Assembly (NCBI GenBank): GCA_965224085.1
Contig: CBDCYI010000009.1
Span: 448,001 to 512,000 of the forward strand
Direction: 5' to 3'
DNA: 64,000 bases
Source: Candidatus Marinacidobacterales bacterium
GTDB taxonomy: Bacteria > Acidobacteriota > Vicinamibacteria > Marinacidobacterales > SMYC01
The notes beneath the pieces were generated by a model. It worked only from the letters and a program-made list of their open reading frames with translations, searched no databases and had not been told where the DNA came from. Numbering within the stretch: the first letter of the stretch is position 1; each line of letters opens with the position of its first letter. The position numbers were made by a program, and so were the translations under genes. Of this stretch, positions 1-10,583 are shown in pieces.

Positions 1-602
1 AAGAGGTCTTTGCTCTTCAGCAAGCGAATGATCTTGAAGCGAAACAATTTTTCCGCAGCGTTGGTGTCGATATAAGGAACTGGGAGCCATTGTCCCAGAG
101 CATTCCAAACACCTCTGGAAGCAAGGCAGTGGCAATGTGGATGGGGTTGCAGCACGGAGCCAAAGGTCTGAGGGACAAGAGACGACGCCGGGCCGAGCGC
201 TGTCGTCGCCTGTGGCGTCGCCCATCAACTCGTTGATTGTTTCGTAGGCGAGCCGTGCGAGCTCGGCGAGAAGCTCCCGATTTCTCATGAAGAAGGCCCG
301 CAGCATTTTTGGCACGGTGAACGTCCACATGGTGTGCCCGACGTTTTCGAGCAGCTCGTCTTTGAGAAAGGCGGCGAAAGCGGCCGCACGTTTCGCATCG
401 CATGACGGACAGACACCCCTTTGTTTGCAACTGAGCGTTAATAATTTTTCCGCACCACATGCGTCGCATCGGAGTCTCGCGAAATGCTTCGACGGTGCCA
501 CAATCTAGGTAACGCGCGACAACTTGATCGACGAAGCCTCTCCAGAAGCCGTACTTTTTCTCGAAGCATTGCTCCCAGACCGACTTGACGTCCTCGTAGT
601 AG
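1..602 (-). pseudogene. IS91/ISCR-family (HUH rolling-circle) transposase, frameshifted, 5'-truncated, runs off the left edge
   Basis: Manual translation across two frameshifts: YYEDVKSVWEQCFEKKYGFWRGFVDQVVARYLDCG..FARLRCDACGAEKLLTLSCKQRGVCPSCDAKR (Zn-binding domain), WTFTVPKMLR, and QTFGSVLQPHPHCHCL (HUH motif). Confidence 0.85.
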
Positions 603-611
603 ACGTCGCGG

Positions 612-655
612 CAGGTGTCAACCAGGGTTGACGCCTGGGTGTCCGCCCGGACACC
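612..655. repeat. Twin hairpins at the truncated 5' end of the IS91 transposase
   Basis: CAGGTGTCAACC-AG-GGTTGACGCCTG (612-637) and GGTGTCC-GCCC-GGACACC (638-655). Confidence 0.6.
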
Positions 656-835
656 TAGGCCGGCGGAGCCGCGCTGTTGAGGGTGTGCTCGACGAGTTTA
701 CCTAGAAGCCTGAACACGGAGGTGGGGAACATACGGATTGGAAGAGGATCGGCCCGGAACGGATCGAAGCTCCACTCCGGCGAGAATTCGACCCTAGGAA
801 TCGCCGCACCGCTGGGCGCCCGCCTGGGTGACGAG

Positions 836-1417
836 CTACTCCAGTGCTTCGTATGGCTGCGCTCCAACAACACCCCGGTCACCCACGACGAATGTCGGAA
901 CGCCGGTCACGCCGAGCTCAGCCGCGCGCGCCCAATCGCGGTCGACAGCGCTCTTCATGCGTCGCTCTGCGATCACCTCCCGCGCGTCTTCCGGTGAGAG
1001 TCCGAGCGATCCAGCGATCTCGACCAACCGGTCGGCGTCCGCCACGTTGATGCGGTCGACGAAGTAAGCTTTGAAAAGAGCGTCGTGTATGGCGGCGCCG
1101 CCCGGTTGCACCTCTGCCCATTTAGCCAGCTCTTGGGCGAGCCTGCTGTTATAGGTGTGGGTTCGCGTGCCGAACGGCAGTCCTTCCGCCTTCATCAGCT
1201 CGGCGAGGCGCCTCTGCGCAGCGTCGAGATCGAAGCCGCGACCGGCGAAGAGCTGCTCGAGCGTCGACCCCTCCTCTGGAGTCTCCGGGTGAAGCGGAAA
1301 CTGCATGAACTTGACGTCGACGGCGTAACTTTCGGCGATGCGGTCAATACGCACGGTACTGAGGTAGCACCAGGGTCAGATGTAGTCGGAGAAGACTTCG
1401 AAAACGATGCGGGACAT
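836..1417 (-). CDS. DsbA/FrnE-like thiol oxidoreductase, probable selenoprotein (UPWC motif)
   Basis: ATG at 1417 gives MSRIVFEVFSDYI-TGA-PWCYLST, in frame with ORF 836-1354; family motifs FPLHPETP, GVTGVPTF, VVGAQPY; the TGA at 1376-1378 sits at the first Cys of CxxC. Confidence 0.85.
1344..1362 (-). promoter_or_regulatory. Candidate bacterial SECIS hairpin
   Basis: mRNA UCAGUAC-CGUGC-GUAUUGA: 7-bp stem, 5-nt loop with GU at loop positions 2-3, loop begins 20 nt after the UGA. Confidence 0.65.
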
Positions 1418-1433
1418 GTGTGGGCCTCTCGAG

Positions 1434-2933
1434 CTACTTCAGCGTCATCGGGTCGCGAAGCGGAATATGCGTCACCTCGCCGCCGAAAAACTCCGCCATC
1501 GTGGCCCGGTCATCGGGATCGCCGGGCGCGATCTCGTCCCACTTGCCTACAACGAGAAAGACGATTTCATCAGGTTTTAGGTACTTCTCGGCGACTCGCA
1601 AGACATCCTCCGCGGTGACGGCGCGGATCTGGTCGCGCCACTTTTGCCAATAGGTGTGCGAACGATCGAGATAGGCGTCGGTCGCGAATATGTTGACCCG
1701 CTGACCCGCGGATTCGAACCGTCTTGGGAACGTGTCCGCGAGAGAGTTCTTCGCGACCGAAAGCTCGTCGTCGCTCACGAGCTCGCTCTGCATGCGCCGG
1801 ACTTCTTCGAGCGCGATCTTAGCGGCGAGCGCGACGGTGGGGCTTTTTGATTGAAAAGAGATCCTGAACACGCCTGGCTCGATGGCGTCGAAACCGAATC
1901 GAGCGCCCGCGGAATAAGCGAGTCCCTCATCCGAGCGCACGCGCTTCATGATGCGCGACGTGAACCCGCTGCTGCCGAGGATGTGCTCCATGACTTGTAT
2001 AGGCGCGCGATCGGGGTTCTCCCAATCGGTCCATTGCGGCACGAGATGTCCAATCAAGATCTTTCCTTGAGGAATGTCTTTTTCGACGCGGTACACGCCA
2101 GGCGTAGGGCGTTCGGTCGGAAGAGGTGGCGGCCACTTGGCGTCGCCGCCTTGACCTGGCCAATCGGCGAGATAGCTTTCGAGCTTGGGCAGAAGCGTTG
2201 CGGCGTCGATGTCACCCGACACCGCGATAATCATGTTCTCCGGCCGCCAATACTTCTCGTGAAAGTCCGCGAGATCGGCACGGGTGATGTTCTCGAGGTT
2301 CGCTTGCGTCATACGGCGGCTCGAATAGTGATCCTTGCCGTAGAGTAGAAAATTCCATTCGCGCCGCAGGATATCCCCCCCGTCATCGTTGCGCTGGCCC
2401 ATCGCTTCGAGAATGCTTCCTTTCTCGATGGCGAGGCGTCCTTCATCGAAGCGTGGGGTTCGGAGCACGTCGAAAAACAGATCGAGAGACGCGTCCAGTG
2501 CGGGCGTAATGCTGCGGAGATTGGCCCCCGCCTGCGAATCGCCTCCAAAGCTCGAAATGCTGGATGCGAGAAACTCCACCTCTTCGTCGAAGGTGTCCGG
2601 CGTCATCCTCTCGGTGCCGCCCGAGCGCATCATGCTCCCCGTCAAGCTCGCGAGCCCAACTTTGTCCGGCGGTTCCAGATAGCTACCTTGGCGCAGGATC
2701 ACGCGGAGGCTCACGAGCGGGAAAGTGTGGTCTTCCGCGAGATAGACTTGAACGCCGTTCGACAACACGTGCCGAAAAGAATTCCCATCGGGCACCTCGA
2801 AGCTCAGCTCGTCATAGGCGAGCTGTTCGGGGCGAGCGGGGATATCGTGACCATCGTCGCGCACCGGCATCGGCTGGGCGCCCGCCAAAGTCGTCAACAG
2901 AAGAACGAGACCAAAGCTCCATCGCGTCATCAT
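1434..2933 (-). CDS. M16 family peptidase, non-catalytic subunit, signal peptide
   Basis: LSNGVQVYLAEDHTFPLV, GLASLTGSMMRSGGT, RVRSDEGLAYS; no HxxEH; start ATG overlaps the upstream stop (ATGA). Confidence 0.85.
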   Translation of the reverse strand: MMTRWSFGLVLLLTTLAGAQPMPVRDDGHDIPARPEQLAYDELSFEVPDGNSFRHVLSNGVQVYLAEDHTFPLVSLRVILRQGSYLEPPDKVGLASLTGSMMRSGGTERMTPDTFDEEVEFLASSISSFGGDSQAGANLRSITPALDASLDLFFDVLRTPRFDEGRLAIEKGSILEAMGQRNDDGGDILRREWNFLLYGKDHYSSRRMTQANLENITRADLADFHEKYWRPENMIIAVSGDIDAATLLPKLESYLADWPGQGGDAKWPPPLPTERPTPGVYRVEKDIPQGKILIGHLVPQWTDWENPDRAPIQVMEHILGSSGFTSRIMKRVRSDEGLAYSAGARFGFDAIEPGVFRISFQSKSPTVALAAKIALEEVRRMQSELVSDDELSVAKNSLADTFPRRFESAGQRVNIFATDAYLDRSHTYWQKWRDQIRAVTAEDVLRVAEKYLKPDEIVFLVVGKWDEIAPGDPDDRATMAEFFGGEVTHIPLRDPMTLK

Positions 2934-4689
2934 GCACCTCCCTCGAGCTCGGCAATGCGCTCTTCGACGGTGCGTTCGAGGAGCGGTAGGACTTTCTGAA
3001 AGGGTGGCGGCGCTTGCTCGAACTGCGCCGGTAGCTGCTCCAGCATGCCTTTCAGCTCTTCCAAATTCTCGGACGCCCGAATTTGCTCGAGCTGACTCAT
3101 GATGCGTTGCTGCATTTGCGGAGGCAAGCCTTCGAGCTCGGTCGGTATCTCCACCGGCGCCGATCCTTCTTTGCGGTAATAGTGCGCGACGGCTCGGTTC
3201 GACGGCTAGAAATAAGTCGTGGCGACGCGTTTTACGTCGTCGACGGTGACGGTGAGCGTCTTGTCGGCCCACTCATTGATGTAGCCCCAATCCCCGAGCC
3301 CGTCATAAATGAGAAGCTGTAGCAGCAAAAAGAAACCGCTCGCGAGGCGCCTGTAGGAGCTCGCGGTGATCTGGTTCTTGACTTTTTGAATCTCGCGCTC
3401 CGGGATGGGCCCTTCGCGGATCTTCTTGAGCTCTTCTTCGAGCGCGAGCTGGAGCACCGCAGGCGTCGCGTCGCCTTGGTCTCGGCCGCCAGCGAGAACG
3501 AGCCCGCCCACTTTCGCGAGTCCTGACCAGCACCTGCGTCGACGGCAATCTCTTGCTCGAGCACGAGCGATTTATGGAGTCGACCGCTCCGGCCGTTCAG
3601 GATATTGGCGAGAACGTCGAGCGCATAGGAGTCGCGATGGCGAAACGGCACCGTGTGGTAGCGAAGCTCGATTTGCGGCTGGCAGTCGCAAGTGGCGTCC
3701 ATGCGCTTTTCCGCGGATTGCGGCATCTCCAAGGTCACGACGTCCGGTGGCGTGCTCGCGGCCGCGGACAGCCGGCCGAAATAGCGCTCGGCAAGCGTCT
3801 TGGCTTCGGCGATATCGAAGTTGCCGACAATGGCCGCAGTGAGGTTTCCCGGCGCGTAGTACGTGTCGTAATACTCTTGCGCCTGCGCCAAGCTATAGAC
3901 GCGAAGATCGGAAGGCCAGCCGACGACCGGCCAGCTATAAGGATGGGACTCCCAGAACATCGCGCCGAAGAGCTCGTCGAACTCGCCCGTGGGGGTCGAT
4001 TCCGTTCGCAGCCGCCGCTCTTCGTGGACGACATCCCGCTCCGAGTAAAACTCACGAAAGACCGGCTTCAATAGGCGCGTAGACTCCATCCAGAACCACA
4101 GCTCGAGCTTGTTCGCAGGCACCGTGATGAAATAGACGGTGACGTCCTCGCTCGTAAAGGCGTTCATCCCGGATGCGCCCGCTTCCGTGTAGAGCTTGTC
4201 GAACTCGTCCTTCACCATGAGCTCGCGCTGTGCCTCGACGAGCTCGTCAAAGCGGTGCTCGAGCTCGATGAGCTCCGGCGGCCGCGCTTCGGCGTCGAAG
4301 GGATCTTCAATCTCACCGAGGCGGTAGCGCTCACGCTGCTTGCGATAGATCGCGCGGATCTGCTCCTGCACTGTCTCTTGCTCGTCGATGATCTCGAGGT
4401 CGCGCTCGATGTTCGTTGTGCCGATGGCGTGGCTCCCTTTGAACATCATGTGCTCGAAGAAATGGCTCAAACCCGTGATGCCGGGACGCTCGTTCGCCGA
4501 GCCGACATGCGCGACCCAACCGGCGCTCACGGTTGTGAGCTCGGGCCTTGGGACGACGAGAAACTTCATCCCGTTCACGAGCTCGAAAGTCTCGACGGGG
4601 ACTTGGGTAATCTCCTGGCCGCGAGCTTCGAGGGCGACGAGCGCCAAGCATGCGGCAGCGACAATGCGGGGATAGGTCATGACGATCAT
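2930..4689 (-). pseudogene. M16 family zinc peptidase, catalytic subunit, split by two frameshifts and one in-frame TAG (true pseudogene or assembly error)
   Basis: GLSHFFEHMMFKGS, NAFTSED, EERRLR; continues in ORFs 3206-3511 and 2930-3154. Confidence 0.8.
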
Positions 4690-4893
4690 TCTACTACGCG
4701 GGTGCGGTGCTCTCGGGCTGCCACCTGAAGCATCGAAAATGACGTTTTTTCCGACGGCGCTCGCGCGAAGGCGCTCGCGAAGAGCTCGGCCGTCGAGCGG
4801 CAGGCCGACGTATCACCCGACAGACGGACCACGAATCTCATGCCGTTTGCGTGAGGCGGTTGCGATGATCGTTTCCATGTGCGCGCATCCAAA

Positions 4894-5600
4894 CTAGCAT
4901 GGCAGCTCGCGGGATAGCCGGAGTGGTTCTGTATCGCTGGACGCCGACGGATCCTTTACTCTTCGGGGAGGAGCTCGAGCGGGGACGTTTGGGTTGCGGT
5001 TCTCGAGGGCAGCGTGCTTGCTACGACAGCGACGGTCGCGAGTACGACGAGCGAGCCGAGCGCGGATGCAGCATCGAGTACACCGACGCCGAATAGCTGG
5101 CTTTCGAGCATCGGCGCGACGAGTACGAAGCCTACGATGCCTAGGACAGCTCCCGTTATCGTCAAGCGCATTTGAGTCGAAAACCCGTTCCGGCGCCGAC
5201 GGCGGAGACGCCTGGTATGGCTCCGAGCTCGCGAAGGAGCCGCTCGTGGAATCGAAGCATCTTCGCTTCGCTGTCGTAGCGCGCTTCGGGAATCCCGATG
5301 CCGAACGAAACCACGCTCTCGGCCTCGAATCCCGGGTCGACCGCGGCCAGGCGCGAGAAGCTCTTTCCGAGAAGCGTCGTCTGGAGGAGCAAGAGGCCGA
5401 GAGCGACTTGCGCAACGACGAGAACGCTCCGGAGTCGAAGAGCAGACCCATGCGCGAAGCCCTCGGACTTCAATAGGCTCGGGGCAGAGCCGTGTAGGTT
5501 CAACACGAGAGGCACGAGCGAAAAGAGAAGCACGTTCGCGATGGCTGCAGCGAGACCGAAGATCACGCCGATGGGCTCGAGCGCGAGCTCGACTGCTCGC
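4894..5600 (-). pseudogene. ABC transporter permease (ADOP/FtsX-like) remnant with internal deletion
   Basis: RLRSVLVVAQVALGLLLL, VDPGFEAESV; C-terminus LESQLFGVGVLD..PSRTATQTSPLELL in another frame. Confidence 0.7.
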
Positions 5601-5709
5601 GACGCTCGTAAGGAAAAAAACGGGGGAGCGTCGGGGCATGTCTCTACGGTATCAAATAGTGGGGTACAATCCGGGCGTTCCGACCAGGTGGGAGAACTAG
5701 ACTGACTAG

Positions 5710-7404
5710 ATGAAGCATGTCCACAAAAACTTAGCCGTCGTCACAGCGTTGGCTCTCGTTGGCGCGAGCTACGCTATCGCCGAGAACGCGCCGATCCGAG
5801 CGAAAAATGGGATGGTCGTCTCTCAGAACGAGCTCGCCTCGCAAGTTGGGGTCGACGTCATGAAGGACGGCGGAAACGCCATTGACGCTGCGGTCGCCAC
5901 CGCTTTCGCCCTCGCCGTGACGCATCCGTCGGCCGGAAATATCGGTGGAGGCGGGTTTCTCGTCTTTCGCCCCGCTGAGGGCGAGCCCATGACCTTCGAT
6001 TTCCGCGAGATGGCGCCTGCCAAAGCCACCGACACGATGTGGCTCGAAAACGGCGAGTACAGCTATGAGCGCCATCACCGCAGCCATCTCTCGGTGGGCG
6101 TCCCCGGTACGGTCGCCGGTCTGCACATGGCCTGGAAGGAGCACGGAAGCTTGCCGTGGGAGCGTCTCGTCGAGCCCGCGGTCCGTCTCGCGACGGAAGG
6201 CTTCGAAGTGACGGATGGTCTCGCGCGCTCGCTCGATCGGACCATGGAGCGCATCGGCAAGTTCCCGGCAACCAAAGCGCAGTTCACGAAAAACGGTGAG
6301 CCCTACGAAGCGGGCGACATCCTGAAGCAGCCTGACCTCGCGGCGACGCTCGTCCGCATCGCGGAAAAAGGAGTGGCCGGGTTCTACGAAGGCAAGACGG
6401 CCGAGCTCATCGAAAAAGAGATGATGGCCAATGGTGGCCTCATCACCCAGGAAGACCTCAAGGCTTACCGGGCGAAAAAGCGCGCGCCGATCCGCGGCAC
6501 CTATCGCGGCTACGAGATCATCTCGATGCCCCCCCCGAGCTCCGGCGGCATCGTGCTCGTCGAGATGCTCAATATCCTCGAACGCTACGACATCGCGAGT
6601 GATGGCTTCGGCTCGGCTCGCAACATGCACCGGATGGCCGAAGCGATGCGACGTGCCTACTCCGATCGCGCGCAATATCTGGGTGACCCGGATTTCAACC
6701 CCGACATGCCGGTCGATCGGCTGACGTCGAAAGCTCATGCCGACGAGCTCCGTAAAACGATCCGCGCCGACAAGGCCTCGAAATCGTCACCGGAAAGCTT
6801 CAACTGGCCAGCGGAGAGCCCCGAGACCACGCATTTCTCTGTAGTGGACTCGGCGCGCAACGCGGTATCGGTGACTTATACACTCGAGTTCGGTTACGGC
6901 TCCGGCATCGTCGTCCCCGGCGCAGGTTTCTTGCTCAACAACGAGATGGGAGATTTCAACGGCGGGCCGGGACTAACGGACGAGAGCGGCCTTATCGGCA
7001 CCAAGCCAAACCTCGCCGCGCCGCACAAACGCATGCTCTCGAGCATGACCCCCACGATCGTCGCCAAAGACGGCAAGCTCCTCATGGTGACCGGGAGCCC
7101 AGGCGGACGCACCATCATTAATACGGTCTTGCAGACCATCTTGAACGTCCTCGACCATGAGATGAACGCCCAAGCGGCGGTTGACGCCGGACGCATCCAC
7201 CACCAATGGCTCCCCGATCACATCCGCTACGAGCACCACGGTTTCTCCCCGGACACCTTGAACATCCTCACTTGGCTCGGCCACGACTTGAGAGAAATCG
7301 CGCGTCAAGGCGTCGCCCAAGTCATCGCCGTAAACCACGAAGACAACATGCTCGAGGGCGGCCTCGACCGCCGGGTCCCCAACGGAGGCGCCGCTACTTA
7401 CTAA
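5710..7404 (+). CDS. ggt: Gamma-glutamyltransferase
   Basis: GGNAIDAAVA, AGNIGGGGF, DFREMAP, ETTHFSVVD, LLNNEMGDF, MLSSMTPT, GSPGG. Confidence 0.95.
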   Translation: MKHVHKNLAVVTALALVGASYAIAENAPIRAKNGMVVSQNELASQVGVDVMKDGGNAIDAAVATAFALAVTHPSAGNIGGGGFLVFRPAEGEPMTFDFREMAPAKATDTMWLENGEYSYERHHRSHLSVGVPGTVAGLHMAWKEHGSLPWERLVEPAVRLATEGFEVTDGLARSLDRTMERIGKFPATKAQFTKNGEPYEAGDILKQPDLAATLVRIAEKGVAGFYEGKTAELIEKEMMANGGLITQEDLKAYRAKKRAPIRGTYRGYEIISMPPPSSGGIVLVEMLNILERYDIASDGFGSARNMHRMAEAMRRAYSDRAQYLGDPDFNPDMPVDRLTSKAHADELRKTIRADKASKSSPESFNWPAESPETTHFSVVDSARNAVSVTYTLEFGYGSGIVVPGAGFLLNNEMGDFNGGPGLTDESGLIGTKPNLAAPHKRMLSSMTPTIVAKDGKLLMVTGSPGGRTIINTVLQTILNVLDHEMNAQAAVDAGRIHHQWLPDHIRYEHHGFSPDTLNILTWLGHDLREIARQGVAQVIAVNHEDNMLEGGLDRRVPNGGAATY

Positions 7405-7425
7405 ACGCCGGAATTAGTTAGTATT

Positions 7426-7492
7426 CCTAAATGCTGCCTAAATGCTGCCTAAATGCTGCCTAAATGCTTGCCTAAATGCTGCCTAAATGCTG
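7426..7492 (+). repeat. Tandem repeat, 6 x CCTAAATGCTG (fourth unit has an extra T)
   Basis: Units read directly at 7426, 7437, 7448, 7459, 7471 and 7482; array ends one base before the ATG at 7494. Confidence 0.95.
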
Positions 7493-7493
7493 A

Positions 7494-8013
7494 ATGACGT
7501 ACGTCATGGTCGACATCGAAGCCGATGGCCCCATCCCGAGCGATTACTCGATGGTCTGCCTGGGTGCGGTCGTCGTTGAGCGGACTCTCGAGCGAACGTT
7601 CTACGGCCAGCTGAAACCGATATCGGATCGCTGGAACGAGAAGGCGTTGGCGGTCAGCGGTTTCTCCCGCGAGGAGACCCCTGGCATTTGACGAACCTGA
7701 AGACGTCATGGCGCGCTTTCGCGACTGGCTCGCGGGCGTTTCTGACGGCCAACCTCGTTTCATCTCGGACAATAACGGTTTCGATTGGCAGTTCGTGAAC
7801 TGGTACTTCCATCATTTCCTCGGCGCGAACCCGTTCGGCTTCAGCTCGTCCAACCTGGGCTCGCTCTACAAGGGCGTTGTGCGCGACACGTTCAAGAACT
7901 TCAAGCACCTCAGGAAGACACGCCACACCTACCATCCTGTAGACGACGCCAAAGGAAACGCCGAGGCGCTCCTCGCCATTCGCATTCAGTTCGATCTGAA
8001 GATACGCCTCTAG
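7494..8013 (+). pseudogene. DEDDh 3'-5' exonuclease (Rv2179c-like), one frameshift near 7680
   Basis: VMVDIEADGP, SDNNGFDW, HTYHPVDDAKGNA; halves in ORFs 7494-7691 and 7708-8013, break at a CCCC run. Confidence 0.8.
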
Positions 8014-8939
8014 GCAGAATAGCGGCGAAGAAACGCACTCGCGCCCGCCGCGGTGAGCACGCACCATGCCGCGAAGAGCGCTCCGGGAAGTGCGGTCTCG
8101 GGATTGAAATGCGCGAGCGCGAGGGCGACACCAAGCCCTGCGTTCTGCATGCCGATCTCGATGGTGAGCGCGAGTCGGTGCGGGTAGTCGAAGCGATAGA
8201 GCTTCGCGAGATACCACCCCGCGACATAGCCGAGCGCGTTCACGAGCACCACGTAGCCGAACACTCGCGGGCCGACCGTCGCGATGCGCGGTTGGTTCGC
8301 TGCCACGGCGTAGGAGCAAATCACGACGATCGCAACCGCGGCGATCCCGGGGCAGAGAGACTCGGCTGCGTTTAGATGTTGGCCAAGACGGCGTCGGAGC
8401 CACATTCCCAGTAGAAGTGGCACGAGCACAGTCTGAATGATCGTGACGAAAAGAGGCCAGAACGCAACCGGCATGAAGGCTCCGCCGAGCCACTTCACGA
8501 GGCTCGGGGTCAGCAGCGGCGAGAGAAACGTCGCCACGGTCGTCATCGCGATGGAAAAGGCGAGCGAACCGCCTGCGAGATAGACGATGACGTTGCTCGC
8601 CATCGCGCCCGGGGCCGAGCCCACGATGACGAAGCCGAGAGCTATCTCCGGTGGGAGTCCGCTTTCCGAGGCCACGGTGAAGCCGAGGATCGGCATGACC
8701 GTGAATTGGGTCAAGACGCCGAGAAGAACGCGGTGCGGCGACTCGAGCGTCCGCTTTAAATCACTCGGCTCGAGCACGACGCCGAGCGCGAGCATCGTGG
8801 CGGCGAAGAACCAGAGGAAGGTGTCGGCGAAGATGAGAAAAGCGGGCGGGTACAGATAGGCGATGACAGCGCCCGCCAGCGTGAGCGGTGCGAGCTGTCG
8901 CGAAAGAGAACGAAAGAAGGACATCGCTCGCGTCGTCAC
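8010..8939 (-). CDS. Bile acid:sodium symporter family transporter
   Basis: QFTVMP, APGAMASNV, IEIGMQNAGLG; multiple TM helices. Confidence 0.9.
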   Translation of the reverse strand: MTTRAMSFFRSLSRQLAPLTLAGAVIAYLYPPAFLIFADTFLWFFAATMLALGVVLEPSDLKRTLESPHRVLLGVLTQFTVMPILGFTVASESGLPPEIALGFVIVGSAPGAMASNVIVYLAGGSLAFSIAMTTVATFLSPLLTPSLVKWLGGAFMPVAFWPLFVTIIQTVLVPLLLGMWLRRRLGQHLNAAESLCPGIAAVAIVVICSYAVAANQPRIATVGPRVFGYVVLVNALGYVAGWYLAKLYRFDYPHRLALTIEIGMQNAGLGVALALAHFNPETALPGALFAAWCVLTAAGASAFLRRYSA

Positions 8940-9042
8940 CGGTGGGACCCCCTCTGTCCCCTAAGCTCGAGACGAGCGATTCTACAAGCGCAGCATCGGT
9001 CTATCCAGCCGGCCACGCGACGGGACGGAGAGGTCAGTGCTG

Positions 9043-9348
9043 TCAGTGCCAGATTAGCGCTTCCTTCATGTCCTCGACGGCGGGATAGCGACCCGCGATG
9101 GGCTCAGCATCGACAAAGGAGACGCGCGCGATGCGGTCCGTGGTCTCTTCGCGCAGATAGATGAACCCGACAGGAAACTTGTGTGTGACGGCCGCAGCTT
9201 CGAGGGCGGCGATAGGCGCGAACTCCATGAAAGCATCGACGGGCATAGTGACTCGGATCTCGACGTCTTGTCCGACCACGTCTTGCGAATCCCCAACAAT
9301 CACGACGCACTTGAATCGCATTAGGCGAATTGTCCCTCCAATGGTCAC
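9043..9348 (-). CDS. Hypothetical small protein
   Basis: 101-aa ORF with protein-like composition filling an intergenic gap; no recognised motif. Confidence 0.4.
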   Translation of the reverse strand: MTIGGTIRLMRFKCVVIVGDSQDVVGQDVEIRVTMPVDAFMEFAPIAALEAAAVTHKFPVGFIYLREETTDRIARVSFVDAEPIAGRYPAVEDMKEALIWH

Positions 9349-9398
9349 TTGTGATTCAGCTAACAGGTGCCTGCTGCTACTTCATAGAACATGACACA

Positions 9399-10581
9399 AT
9401 GATGCGCGTGCGTGCGGCATGGGCGGCAGCGGTGGCGATCCTTGGAATCTCTGCGCTTCCCGTGTGCGCCGAAGAGCAAAGGTCGGTTGCGGATCGTTTT
9501 CTCTATGGCGGGGAGTTCGTCTTCAATGCGTCACCCAAAGACCGGGGCTATTTCAACGAGACCGAGTACCGCCACAACCTTCTCCGGCTTTTGCGGCTAA
9601 ACATAGCACTCGAGTTTCGCGCGCACGATAAGATATCTTTTCTAACCGAGATACGCTCGGACAACTTCGATGCGCCCAAGCCTTACGCGCTCTATTTGCG
9701 CATTCGCCCTTGGGCCGAGCGCGAGCTCGACGTCCAAGTCGGGCGCATTCCGCCTGTCTTTGGAGCCTTCGCTAGACGTCGCTACAACATGGATAACCCG
9801 CATCGGCTCGCCCCTCGCCTATCAATATCCCACGACGCTCCGGGCCAATGCCGCGCCAGAAATTCTCGATCAAGTCCTCGCGCAGCGCGGACACAACGTC
9901 ATCGCGCATTATCCAATTGGGGACAGAAGTGTGAAGGCGGGCCTGCCCCTCGTGAACCCTCTGAAGTGGGATACTGGGGTCCAAGCCAGACTCGGCCGCG
10001 ACCCGTGGCAGCTCGCTCTCGCGCTGACCCAAGGGACGCCCGGGAACCCGCGCGTTCGCGACGACAACTCGGGAAAACAGCTCGCCGGCCGACTCGCGTG
10101 GCGGCCCTTTTTTGGGTGGACCCTCGGTACTTCTTTTGCGCGCGGCGAATATGTGGCGGACGAGGTCTATGCGGCGGTGGACGGCGAGCTCGAGCCAGGG
10201 CATCAGAGCTCCTGGGGCCTCGACACGGAATATTCCGTCGGCCATTTCGTGCTACGCGCCGAAGCGATCTGGAGCCACTTCGAAATGCCGACACTCGATT
10301 CGGGCGCGCTCGGCGCCTTTGGAGGCTTGATCGAAGCCAGCTACAAGCTCTCGCCCGGGCTCTTCGTGGCCGCTCGCGTGGACCACATGCGCCATGACCG
10401 GGTTGAAGGAACGGACGGCCCGATTCGTTGGGAGTCACCGATAACGAGGATCGAAGCGGGTATCGGCTATTACTTCCACCGCCACGTCTTGGCGAAAGCT
10501 TCCTTTCAATACAACGAACGAGATTCCGGGCGTGTGAGGGCGCGCGGTATCCCGGCGGTGCAGCTCTTGTTCTGGTTCTGA
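9399..10581 (+). pseudogene. Putative outer-membrane beta-barrel/porin-like protein, frameshift near 9800
   Basis: Signal peptide; QVGRIPPVFGAF, DDNSGKQLAGR, C-terminal VQLLFWF; halves in ORFs 9330-10397 and 9670-10581. Confidence 0.6.
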
Positions 10582-10583
10582 AG

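Noticed and set aside
794-3208. Genome-wide TAG reassignment
   Set aside because: Several intact genes end at TAG where expected (for example 15661, 41600, 46010).
7426-7492. Possible CRISPR array
   Set aside because: The 11-bp units are contiguous with no spacers, and no cas genes are in the window.
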